A DNA stretch of 61,094 bases, filler included, from Sphacelaria rigidula (Eukaryota): NCBI GenBank assembly GCA_964200075.2. It is 9 parts of 9 records of this genome, joined end to end, with 100 filler letters (N's around TTAATTAATTAA, not from the genome) between each part and the next. Parts side by side here need not be neighbours in the genome. Positions count along the whole stretch, not along the records: positions 1 to 6,700 come from CAXNAA020018534.1; positions 6,801 to 13,500 come from CAXNAA020018535.1; 7 more parts are not named here. One strand, written 5' to 3'. The notes below the pieces were generated by a model. The model was given only the letters and a program-made list of their open reading frames with translations, did no database searches and was not told the origin of the DNA. This document shows, piece after piece, positions 1-11,450 of the stretch (position 1 is the stretch's first letter; every line of letters starts with the position of its first letter). A program made the translations under genes and the position numbers.

Positions 1-318
1 GGGGGGGGGGGGGGGGGGGTGGGGGGGGGGGGGGGGGGGGGGGGGGCGGGTGTGTGGGTTGGTTGCGCCGGCGCGTGTTGTGCATGCGCACGTTCGGAAC
101 CACTGTTTGCATTTTGGTCGTTAGTCTAGTATCACAGCAGTGCTCAATAAATGATGTCAGCGTCCCCCTTGATTTGTTGAAGCGCTATCGTTCTGTATTG
201 ATGGTGTAAGTTAAAGAAAAATTATGCCTTAAACTGGTCAGGTACTTCTGAGCTTTCCGCGGCCATGCTCTGATCATTTTTCGTCGTGTGTGGCGCCGTT
301 CTCAAATGCTTGAAACAG

Positions 319-2687
319 GGGGCTGAACAAATTTTACGAAGATGCTGATATCTCCGCCAAGCTGGCAGAAGATGTGCTGAATGTCCTCATGGTGAGCGTT
401 GCCTGTGCTGCATGAAGGACGGGGAGAGTTAGTTCACAATTATAGCTGTAATATGACGAGGATAAAGCTGAAGAGTGTACATGTATTTTGCGAAGACACT
501 TGATCACTGCTGTACAAGCGCGCCAGCTGGCCAAATGTTCCTTAAAATTTCGACTGCAAATATGCCAAAGAGTAGTTGCTCAGCTATAGCGTCATGGTTG
601 ATTGGATGAAACTTCAGTCGACGATGTTGTTCCGAAATCCTATCTCGCGTGCGAAGGGTGTATTTTTCGGAACAATATTGCCGGCTGACTACACACCTAC
701 AGGTAAAAAAGATGGCGATACATGTACCCACAAAATCATCGTTTTCCCGCATTACTTGGGCGATATCATGATGCCCAAGGTTAACTTGAAATACTGCACT
801 CTCTTAACAAGAAATGGTATCATCAAAAATGTATTTTGCATACAGTATGGAATCTTTTGTCTACTGCAACAGGCGCAATATAGTCGATCCTGCTGTACGT
901 CGTACAATTTTTGACCATGTAATGTTTAGTCCAGGGTATGTAAGACTGCATTCTCACTATAATAGTCGTGCTTGAAATTTTCGTGGATTATTTTTTTTTC
1001 CTGGCATCACTCTTGTAACTCCTCGGGTGGGTAACATGACCGTTTTTTTTCCCCGCGGTGTGCCTCGCATGCGCTCTGTGTGTGTTTCGTGATTCCCAGC
1101 TGACTAACGAGCGAGAGGTAGAGAATAAGCTCGTCGTGCTCCTGGACTACGACAAGTTCCCCTTCATCAAGGTGACCGCCGGTTTCGTGAGATTCACCGA
1201 TATGTTTCCGTTGGACGACGATGAGGTTCCATGGTTCGGACGAATCATTGCCGGTTCGAATGACCAAATCCACGATTTCTTAGGCCTGATTGCTCGAAAG
1301 AAGGAAAAAAGTCGACCGCTGGTCAAACAGGTCTCCACGCAACTTTGGGGCCATTCCACGTGCCTGGGCTGTGCCCACCTGGGTTGCAACGCTGAAAACA
1401 AAGCCCAAGGGTTGATTCGTACGGTACGAATCAATTACACTAAATTCAATTGATTTCCAGACCAAGCATCAATTCGTCCGACCCTTGTAAGGTTCCTTCC
1501 ATGATGAGCGATTGTTTCCCCATGCATGGACGCCAGATGTGTTCGTGTATTCTCCTTGGACCGTGATGAGTGTTCTCCTTCGTCAGGGCGCCATCCCGGT
1601 GGACCGCGCAGTGTTCCTTTTCATCACATCAAGCGGCGGTTTTGTGACTGACTGTAGATGGATACGTTCGTGTGCTCCCCTTGGACTATGATGAGTTCCC
1701 CCTCGTCGAAGCATGTTCCGCTTGGACCAGGATACGTTCCCGCTCATCAAAGCAAGCGGCGGTTTTGTCATGAAGAGCAGTAGCAAGATGCGTTCGTATG
1801 TTCCCATCGGACTGCAGGAAGTTCCCCTTCATCAACGTATGTTGCCGTTGGACGACGATGCGTTGCTCTTTATCAAAGCAAGCGGGCAATTTCACCATCA
1901 ACGATAGTAGGATACGTTCGTACGTTCCCATTGGACTACGATATCTTCCCCTTCATTTTTGTAGGCGATGGTATCACTACAGGAGTAGGATGTGCGTGTG
2001 CTACAGGTTTCCGTTTAAATTGTGGTCGCTTGTCCTTGGCGGCGCAATCATGATAAGCTCCCGATGGTGATCGTGTACAACGGTTTCGTGATGAATCAAA
2101 CTATCATGCGATAGGGATTGTTTCACGTAAAAAAGATATGAGTCGTTTCATATCCTTCACGATAGTCCGCTATGCTGTAATCGGGGGTGAAAGCGACGGA
2201 TTCTCATTTCTAGTGCGGTCGCCCCTGTGGCGCAGTCGGTAACCTCGAAACCTTCTGACGGCTGGGTCGTGGGTTCAATTCTCGGAGCGATCTGGGTTTT
2301 TTTCTCACACCATGCCCAACAGTGGAGAGCGGTCATGTCGTGGGTACACAAAATTCGACGTAATAGTCGACGAGGGAAAGGGACTTCTAAACTCCTCTCG
2401 CGATAAAAACTCAAGGCAAGCACCGCAGAAAAAAGGTAGGGTACTAAAAACAAATGAAAAAGAAAAAGCTCCTGTGTTGGCCTTCCTCCTGTGTGACCCC
2501 GGCTGGTGCGCCCACATATACCGAAAGGTGTAGACCGGCGTCCAAAATAGATGGGACGATAACACAACACACGCACACACAGTGCACGGCGTATTGTCAA
2601 GGCCCCCCAGCTTCCCTGATGTTCAACTTCTTTTTTTCTCGGCGTCTGTTGTAATGAAAAAAGTAGCGACAATACTCATCATAATGG

Positions 2688-2718
<31 letters not shown>

Positions 2719-5700
2719 AATTATGATGATAATGATGATTGTAGTTTTGGTATGCTACTCATACAGATGACAATAACAGTGATGATAGTGGTAATGGTGG
2801 AGTGAGGGGGAGGAGGATGATGATAATGTTTGTGATTATGATGAGTGACAAGTGAATTCATAATGGCATTGATGACATCAATGACACTGACATGATGATA
2901 CTAATCAACTCGGATTGCCTGCGAGGGTACTGTTCCAATATTCCATCAGGAGTTGCTAGGCAGGTACTTTGAGACAGATTCACCCACCGAAACTACGGGC
3001 TCGTCCCGAGTGGGAGGATCGAGAAAAGACGAAAAAAACACACCCGTTTATCATTTTCGAAGCGCACCCTCTGTACTTCCTTTACACTACCTGACCGCGC
3101 AGTGATGCTCTTTGCTGCTTTGTGCTGCTTTGTGCTGCTTTGTGCTGATACACTTTACAGTTGTTGCTGAGGAATCGAGCTAAGGTGTTGTACTGTACCC
3201 GTCTCAAGGGAGCACAGACGGAAGCAGATAAGAAGACTATCCAGGTGAGATGATGCTGTAAAAAACGATGTATATACCACCCCTGTGTGGTGGCTGTTTC
3301 GGGACCCAGAATCTTATTACATGGTGGTTGAATCGACAGTTTGGGGGGTGATACACGACGTACCTTGGTACAGTACTTTTGAGTATTATAAAAAATAGTC
3401 AAAAGTAATCACCGCAGTGGAGGGAGTGTTGTTCACGGGGAGCAGGGGAGCGCGCGGGGGGGTACTACTCACGGATCTTGTACTCTATCTCGATCTCCGG
3501 CGTTGGCTTACCTCCTTCCGTGCAATTGCTGGTGGGTGCTGCAGCGTTCCTTGGAAAAAGAACGCAGATTTGATGGCATCTCGTCTTTCCTCTTGTTGAA
3601 TTTTTTGGGGTTGACCGATATTTTGTATTCAGATCTTCTCCCCCATCCTTTCTATGCCTTTCCCCCTCGTCTTTCCCTTTTTGAAATTGCCCATCTTTTT
3701 TGTTTGTCTATCTACCTTCCGTTCTGCCGGCCTGATTGGCCGGGTTCGGCTTTGTCGATCCCATGATACCCCTGCTTATCTCTCCCGTCTCTCGTGCCCC
3801 TGCCTGTCTTTCGGCTTGTCTGTCGGTCTGTCCCTGTCAAATTTTTGTTTGTCTCGGCCTGCGTCTATCCTCTCCTCTCCTCTCGTCGTCTCTCTATGTC
3901 GTGACGTGGCATGTGTAGGAAGAAATGCTGGCAGACGTGGCCGGGGGAGGGCCGCAGATCCTAGAAGCCCTCCTCAAGACGGACTCGGCCTCGAGCTGGA
4001 ACCAGGACAAGCTGGCAGACTTCGGCAAGAAGACGAGGAAGGAGGCGAAGGCCCTCGTCAAGGCCGGTGGGGGGGACGGAGAGGCGGAGGAGGGCGACGG
4101 CGATATCGATGCCATGGATGCTGATGAGGTGACATCAGTGTCGTCTCTTCCACCATATGGTTTCCGATGAACCCATTTCGGAACAGTTATTCACCACTTG
4201 GTAGACCCTTTTTCAAACCAACATACACTGTGGCCGTGATTTGGCAAATCTTGGTTCGATCGGAAAAGTGCGATGAAAAACAAAAATTCCAATACGATAG
4301 ATCGTGATTTCAGCTGTGGCCATTTATGCTGAAATTTTCCTCTTCCACCGCACATTTTCAATGGAAGGGTAATGCGCCAACACATGCCATATTTCTCAAC
4401 TCTTTTAGAACTGAAACTCAACATGAATGGTGTGTGGTTAATCCCTCTCTATATCCGACACGCCTACTTGTATCTTCACTATTTTCTCGTCGTGAACTGT
4501 CATCATTGTTCATCTCAATTCGGATTGTTTTGTTTTACATACAGTACAGCATTACGGTGTAGGCGGGGCTGTTTGTCCCCATCCTCTTCAGTCCAAAACA
4601 CATCCCGGTCTTATTTTTAAGCAACACCCGTCCAACTCCTACTCACGAGACGCGCCCCAACTTCGTCCTGTGAACCCCCGCAGAGTAGGAACCTGTAGTC
4701 CATATGACCGCAGTCGTGGGTAAGGTGAAAGCATGCCCGCTATCCGTGGGTGCCTCCTAGAGATGAGCCCTTTTCGGAACCAATATTCCCAAACTACGAG
4801 TTATTTCGGAACCGTACTCCTACAAACAAACCCTTCGAGCGCCCGCAGATGGGCAATTGAGTCTGAAAATTTCATTTTTATGGTGAAAATTATCCCGATT
4901 TAACGGGTTATTAGACCCAACCTAGACGGTCGAATTTCTCCCCTTACGCAGACAAAACACACGAGTAATGAACCAGTTCAAGACCGAAATATTGGCAATT
5001 TGTTAGCCCTTTAGAGACCAATCTTAATTGTGAACTCGTCGTCCTCGAGATGTTACATGGCGGCTGTAGTGTGCCCGCCGAAAACATGCATACCGTGGAC
5101 GGGTTCGACACATCCTACTATTATGTAACCGCCATACCCTATCACCGCTATACATGTGGAAAATGACTCGAATTGCGCTTTTCCACCGATTTTTTTTTCT
5201 AGGTGGTAGCCCCCGCTGCGTCCGGGGATGTGAAGGCACAGACCATGGTGGACCTGGAGATGATGGAGTTCACCGAAGGCGCGCATCTTATGACCAATAA
5301 GCGTTGCGATTTGCACTCCAAGTCGTGGAGGTAAGTTCCGTCAGATATCTGCCTAGTTTCACGTCTTTGACGTACGTGCCTCGGATAGCAGGATAGGGTC
5401 GCCGGGCCCAGGTGGTCTAGCAGAGGCGGGGCGGTGGGCTTATGTTACAGCTGACACCATAAGGGCGGGGAAAACGTGAGTTCGATTCCCACGAGATGCG
5501 CCTAGTTTGTTTCTCAGAGGTATCAGTACAAGTGTATGATTTCCGTCGTTGGAGGCGTGTGGGGACGTGAGCGGCAAGAAATAGTTGGCCCAGATGGTTT
5601 GACGAGAGTCCACGCGGTGCCCGGGGGTGAAGAGAATTGAGACCATGGAAAATAGTCAACATGAAAAATGAAGAGAAACAAATGAAAAAAAAATAACGTT

Positions 5701-6201
5701 GTGGAGAAGGTAGTGGACGTGTAAAATAGGGAGATATGCTGAAAGTCAAGATGTTCCCGGCAGAAAACGTTTGACCGTTTTCGTGATACACTTGTTGACG
5801 AAAGCGGGGCACCTCGTGATGCCAAAAGTCGCTGCAGAGTGCAGCGCTTTCAAGGATATGTGTGTACGTTTTCTAGATCTATCGTGCACTCTGCTCCATT
5901 TTTTTTCGAGGAAGGTCGGATTTGATATGCACTCTCACGTCTATGTAATGACCATGGCTAGATTCGTACCAGGTCAGTGAGTTGTGCAATATTCAATCAA
6001 CCAATGTCATAGCGGGCACTATTGTTCTGAGTGAGGCGTTCTTCCATAACCTATATGTGTTTTTATCTCTCGCACTCCACAAGGGCTCAGAAGAAGGGAT
6101 ACGAAGAAGTACACGTGCCAGCCGTGAAGCACATCCCCGTCGAAGGAGAGGTACTCGTGCCCATCGACGATCTGCCCGAATGGTGCAAGCCAGCCTTCAA
6201 G
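319..6201 (+). CDS. BRR2: U5 snRNP 200 kDa RNA helicase Brr2, partial (N-terminal region up to the start of helicase cassette 1); 6 exons
   Basis: Phase-consistent GT-AG exons: 319-391 (GLNKFYEDADISAKLAEDVLNVLM), 1100-1171 (LTNEREVENKLVVLLDYDKFPFIK), 3161-3244 (LLLRNRAKVLYCTRLKGAQTEADKKTIQ), 3919-4128 (EEMLADVAGGG...DAMDADE), 5203-5330 (VDLEMMEFTEGAHLMTNKRCDLHSKSWR), 6084-6201 (AQKKGYEEVHVPAVK...LPEWCKPAFK). These match recalled SNRNP200 motifs (ECENQLVLLL, GSHFMANKRC, RKGYEEVHVP). Confidence 0.95.
1201..1960 (+). repeat. Degenerate tandem repeat derived from the 3' end of the Brr2 exon at 1100-1171 and its donor site
   Basis: Repeated TTGGAC-n-TTCCCC-TTCATCAA units resemble the exon end CTGGACTACGACAAGTTCCCCTTCATCAAG. 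Paired units form a ~125-bp higher-order repeat. Confidence 0.75.
1230..1487. mobile_element. hAT-type MITE family A, copy 1 (258 bp), in a Brr2 intron
   Basis: Imperfect 16-bp TIRs CATGGTTCGGACGAAT / ATTCGTCCGACCCTTG. 8-bp TSD TGAGGTTC (1222-1229) / TAAGGTTC (1488-1495). Homologous copies at 21729 and 38810. Confidence 0.88.
2219..2582 (+). mobile_element. tRNA-derived SINE family 1, near full length
   Basis: A-box TGGCGCAGTCGG, B-box GGTTCAATTC, a body shared with 15824 and 31843, and a 3' end ...ATGGGACGA followed by an (AC)n tail. The same tail occurs at the contig ends 6801-6849 (+) and 13466-13500 (-). Confidence 0.85.
2680..2900. repeat. (GAT)n microsatellite, degenerate
   Basis: Direct GATGATGAT run decaying into low-complexity GAT/GAC sequence. 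Confidence 0.9.
5402..5575 (+). mobile_element. Diverged tRNA-derived SINE, related to family 2
   Basis: GGTGGTCTAG A-box-like start, B-box GAGTTCGATTCCC, and downstream GATTTCC...GGAGGCGTGTGG similar to the family 2 body. Confidence 0.5.
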
Positions 6202-6700
6202 GTATGCGGTCATGATCCAGTGGTAATTGTACTTTCTCCTATTTTGCAGTTGGCTACTGGAACGCGTGCATCTTATTAACAAGGGTCATGTTTATGTTGT
6301 CTTCGTTTTGTACGTCGAAATGTATGGCCTTTCGACCGTCGGTCTAAACAAAGGGCTCATGTGACGAGATGAAAATAGCAACTTGTGGTGCCATACAGTA
6401 TACTCCAGTGTTGATTGCATTTCTCTGCTGTTCATTTCCAGTCGACGAACGCTTTGTATTTTTCGGTCGCTCTGTTCTATCATGACGCGCTGCTTAAAAT
6501 TAAACCCTTAGTAATACCATATAGGTGTATATCTGTGCACACAAAACATCACGGACCGCGCTGGCTAACACAGGCAAACCAACGATCATGTCGACATGTG
6601 AGTTGTCCTGGCGGTAGAATCATGCTCACAAGTTTCCACGATTAGAACAAATAATGATTCGTCAGGAAATTACTTGGTTTTAGTATAATAAGTTGACTCG

Positions 6701-6800
6701 NNNNNNNNNNNNNNNNNNNNNNNNNNNNNNNNNNNNNNNNNNNNTTAATTAATTAANNNNNNNNNNNNNNNNNNNNNNNNNNNNNNNNNNNNNNNNNNNN
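6701..6800. other. Artificial contig linker (N44-TTAATTAATTAA-N44); identical linkers at 13501-13600, 20301-20400, 27100-27199, 33899-33998, 40698-40797, 47497-47596, 54296-54395
   Basis: The same 100-bp spacer with a six-frame stop separates contigs of 6700/6699 bp, as expected for length-sorted unplaced contigs. Confidence 0.97.
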
Positions 6801-8500
6801 CTGGCGCCCAGAATAAATGGGACGACAACACACACACACACAACACACGTATGTGTCGTTTCACTGTACCTTTTCCATGGTAAATTAGGGTACGTTTTAA
6901 GATATTTTGGTTTGCGTACCGCACTGGTTCTTCTTCAGAGAGTGGAATGTGTTGAGGCTCGCTCTCGCGCGCCATCACTTCTCACTCTCCCCAGCAACCC
7001 TATTTTTGCTTCAACAGCTCTCTCTTGCCAAAGAGGCTGTTTGATATTTGAGGCCAAAAGCGCCGAACTACACCATCTTGGTTTAACTACACTGCTCCTC
7101 GCAAGTAGCTTTACCGCAACAGTGCAAGCCTCTGCTTAATTGTCCAGTGAGACAGTGCCGTGCCAGCGAACAATTTCCAACAGAGATGCCGGAGAGATAC
7201 GAGATATCACCCGGAGGTGAAAAGCGCATGGGAAGCAGGACCCGAGCAACAGAAGGCTTCATTGAAGCAAAGGAATCGTCAAAGAAAAATTTGCTGAAGG
7301 CACTGTACCTTCCTGGGGTAGCAACGACACCCACATCCCCAGACAACGCAGCACAAGGGTCTACTGGAGGGTCGCACGGAGGTTGTTCAACACCATCAGG
7401 ACACGTAAAGAGGCGACCGTGCTTGTCGTGCTGCCCGAAACCAACACCTTCGAACGCGCCTAGATCACAATCGAAGCGAAAAAGAAGAAAAAGAAGGTTA
7501 GACACGCTGCCATTCCTGAGATCGACTTAGATCCGGCTCCTCACGTCACAGCTCATCTATGGCGGTGCCCGAAGAAGACAAAGTAGCACCGACGGCAACG
7601 AATCGGGCCAACAACGAGGCTATAAGAGTTCGAAGAGCAGACACCATCCCCCGATGCTGATGGTGGCGAATATCGCGCGCGCTGTGGAAGAAGGGGGATA
7701 TCGACGCGACGCAGTAGTTCACAACGACCTCCCGAAAACCCCTACTCGTATAGCTGCAGGAGGGAGTAGTCGGCGCCGGCAGAGTCCAACCTGGTGAGTG
7801 TAAGCAGGGGGCATGGAAGACCAAAGCGGGGCTACGGCCGCGATGTGTACGACATCTCGATTCTCCTTCTCGAGCATGCGTGCTACAGGTCCTCGGCTAT
7901 CTTGCGGTCCGACACAAGATCTGGCATCGCGGTTGTGCACCACGTGCCGCCGACCGGGCCCCGGGGAAGGCCATTGGTGGTGTCTTCTCGATGCGATACG
8001 GTGAGTAAAGGCTTAGCTATTTTCGAAGTCCTATGCGGATGTAGATAGCGCCCGCCCGCCTGCGCTTCTGCAGAAGCACGACCCAGTTCAAATTGCTTAT
8101 GCGGCCGGGACGGTTGCCTTTTGCGCCCCTTTGAGCGACACAGGTGCAACAGCGAGAGGCCACAAAACAACGTTCCTCCGCTAGCGCTGCTCCATACCTG
8201 CCACTGGAGGTCTACTCCTGATCATACCCCTGCCGAGTCGGAGTTCGTCGAAGAAGTACGAGATACAGCAACTGCGGACTTTGAAGTGGAGCAAGTCGTG
8301 AGACAGGAGAAGACCCAATCGTGGCTGACAGAAGCTAGGAACGCCGCATAGGCCTGCGCTGTCGGGGATAGACGAAGCAGGGATCAAGCGATGAAGATTC
8401 TCGAAACGGTGGTGAGGGTCGGCGCAGCCAACTCCAAGGTAAAAAGGGCAAGCGGGGTTGAGGTGGCTGCAGGCGATGGGCGACGGAGTTCATCTACTTC

Positions 8501-11450
8501 GTGCCGTTGGTAGTGCCGCCCGGTGTAGTCGTAGTGGTTGATGTTGAACTTTGCGACATGCATACCAGAGTGCAAGAACTTAAAAGTTTGGTCTCCCACC
8601 TCAACGCCCAGCTCTACAGTGGTTCTCCCCTAACATCCGCCCACAGGCGTGTGGCAGCTGTTGTGTCGGCGGAGGAGGAACGGGCCTTGGTCATAGTGAC
8701 TGGATCTATCTTTAGGATGGACATCGAGGGTACACATGAACTGTGGAATGTGTTTCGGAGTAGGGCTGAGAAATACGCTGCTGACGTTGACAGAAAGACT
8801 CGCCCCATGGATCATTTTCTGATGCATGACACACCACCAACACTGTTGGCGTTAGCAAGCAGTCTGCGCCACCAGATTGTGTCGGGTGGTGCCCCAGAGC
8901 AATATTTTGCGACCGACGAGGACGCGATGAGAGGGACCAAGGCGGCGTCGGTAGGTGCGCCTTGCACCGTCGCGGCGGTTGATGTTGTCATACCTGCGGC
9001 GCGGGGTGGGGCGGGGGGAGGGAGGGGGGGGAGGGCTATGAAGGTGGGGCACAACGGGAACGGGGACGACAAGTCGATTGGGAGTGGGCGAAGTCCCGCG
9101 CCAGCGAAACGGCGGCTAGATCGACGAAACGGGATGAGGCTTCGCGGAAAATGGACAAAAACAGGAAAGAGAAGATCGGAAGTGTTACATGCGGGCGCAA
9201 AACCTTGTCGGGGCTGGTAAAGGTCGGAAATGGTCAGCGATGCACGACTTCAAGTTGGCGAAGGCGTTGAAACAGCACGGACAACCCATTGGCGATCATT
9301 GATCTTGTCGCTCTTCATAGATTCTGCATGACGGTGTATGCGATACAAGCGTGAGCAGTACTTCCTGAGGCAGAGGTTGAACAAATACCAGCTGGCTCTT
9401 GCCTTGAAGGTTGCTGCGATCCCTTGGACCAACTGCGATTCTGAGTCCACGGCAGTCGTTACTGGGTGCGGCGTACACGTGTGTGAGTACCTGTGGAAAA
9501 ATCGCCCGGTGACCTGTCACGCTTACAGGAGCACCGCAAGTTAGGAAGGCCGGTGGCCGACGATATCACGATGGGATCCCTCTGGCACAGGGACGGGCAG
9601 CAGTGGGATTGTTATCTCTCTGTCTTTGACAGAGCATTTTTCCGATACGCGGTGGGAAGGAGCGTTGGCGAAGGTGGTGGCATTCGCACGTGCTTGGGAA
9701 TCGAGCTTAGACAGATGAAATAAGTTATTGTCTATTTTGGGGTACACTTGGCCTGAACATCTATGCGAAGTTGTCGAAGCCTTTTCCTACAATGTTGGTC
9801 GGGATAATAGAGTCGAAAGGTGGCGATTTGATGTGCTGGCGCGTGTGCGCCAGCACTGGGTTGCGCGAGGATAACATTTTGAGCCGGATAGCCGCCGCGC
9901 CCCGGTGGTCTAGGTGATGTGACCGGCACGAGGTATGTCGGAGTAATACAGGTTCGATTTCCGGGCTGACGCGACTTGGTTTCTGTAGGAGGAGTATTTG
10001 ATTTCCGTCTTTAAATTGTGAGAGCGTAACTAGCAAGAAGCTGATGACGGCACAGGGTATGCGGGAGTGCTGATCCAACCTGCAATACCAAAATCAAAGC
10101 GTAAATACCGGAGGAGATGTAGGATGACCCCTTGAGATCACGGACACATCCCGTAAAAGGGAAGGGGTTCAAAGTGTGGGGGAAAATATGAGAAACGTTA
10201 TGTAACACCCACATCAAGCGCGTTCTCTTCGCCTCATTGCCGCTTTCACCCACTAGGGAGTGCCTACGATGTAGAGGGGGAGCCAGCGATGTTCAAGTAT
10301 CTGTTCATGGAGGACAAGGGTACCACAAAGAATTGGGCCGACTCGAAAGCCGTGATTGACCGACTTGACGACATACACCGTATGGATGAGAGGGCCGCGG
10401 CGGCGGCATGTACAGTACTGAGCGTCTGAAGTGTTCATACTGGTAGTTTCTTCGTAATTGGCGATTTTCTAAGGTTATTTTCCTTGCCACCGCTCATCAC
10501 ATTGAGGATCTGAAGATACTAGTATCTGCTCCATATTCTAAGAAAACAATCATCTGTACTTAATATTTAGTTACTTACAGGCTGATCGGTCATCGGGGGT
10601 CCTGCCACGTTTCGGCCCTGATTCTGACGCTTCGGTATTTTCAATCGATCGAGCCCGTCTCGATATTATTTGTGAAGAAATGTGCAGAAGTGTTCTTATG
10701 AAATTCTACTTATTGCACTTCATAACTGTGTTTCACGGTCAATACCGTCCTCCTGATAAACGGGGTATCTACAGGTGTCGCCCGAGAACACCAAGTGACG
10801 CTAACTTCGGCCTTGTGTGTTGAGGACGAGCTGTTTATTATACCAAAATCCACCGATCCTAGCACTTTCGAGTTCTAGCGAAGAGTAGGCGCGAGAAAAA
10901 AAAACTCTGAACAATGAAAAGTTCAGGCACCCAGGACTATATATATATGCTCGCCGGCGACGAGGAGACGTTTCCGATCATGTACCACCTCATCCGGAGT
11001 AATCCCAGGCAGTATCACTGGCTCATAAAGCACCTGGGTAACTGATATCTTCTGTACCACATGGTGAAGACAATCATGAAGCGATATTTGGGGGCAGGGA
11101 TAGCACACACTTTAGAGGCACTCATTGTGGGCCGAAGAAGAGTATCGGAGGCTAGCAACTACCGCGTGACACACCTTAACATCAGCGTGTTCTTCGAAAC
11201 AACGTGGGACAAAATCGTGGCAATGTACTACTTCGAGCATGGTCCCGGTATGGAGAACACCAACATCGGAGCCGTGGCGGACGCTACCGCCAAAGCACTG
11301 CATACCAACTGCCCAGGGGAAGTTCGGCAGATACCCAGGCGGGAAACACGACATGTCAGCAGCGATCACATCAATCGAGGATATGTTGTAATACCCATGT
11401 GCCTCGTCGGATCATGGGTTCCAAACCAAAAAGCATTCAAATGAATCGCA
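8501..11450 (+). pseudogene. Decayed Academ/DUF6589-like DNA transposase
   Basis: Broken intronless reading frames. The core YLFMEDKGTTKNWADSKAVIDRL...LAGDEETFPIMYHLIRSNPRQYHWLIKHLGN*YLLYHMVKTIMKRYLGAG resembles the recalled Academ-type D-x(~25)-LGxxH...GxG region. The frame is continuous across 10430/10912 once an insertion is removed. Confidence 0.55.
10431..10905 (+). mobile_element. 475-bp insertion with A-rich 3' end, probably retroposed
   Basis: Flanked by a direct repeat TCTGAA (10425-10430 and 10906-10911) and ends in GAGAAAAAAAAAC. Removing it restores the frame ...AACTVLSV*TMKSSGTQDYIYMLAGDE. Confidence 0.6.

Noticed and set aside
1..48. Poly-G run as a G-quadruplex or telomere
   Set aside because: It is a homopolymer at a contig edge with no telomeric unit and may be a sequencing or assembly artefact.
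2219..2295. tRNA gene (also at 15824, 20450, 36610)
   Set aside because: The cloverleaf stems are degenerate and each head is attached to a conserved repeat body, so these are SINE heads.
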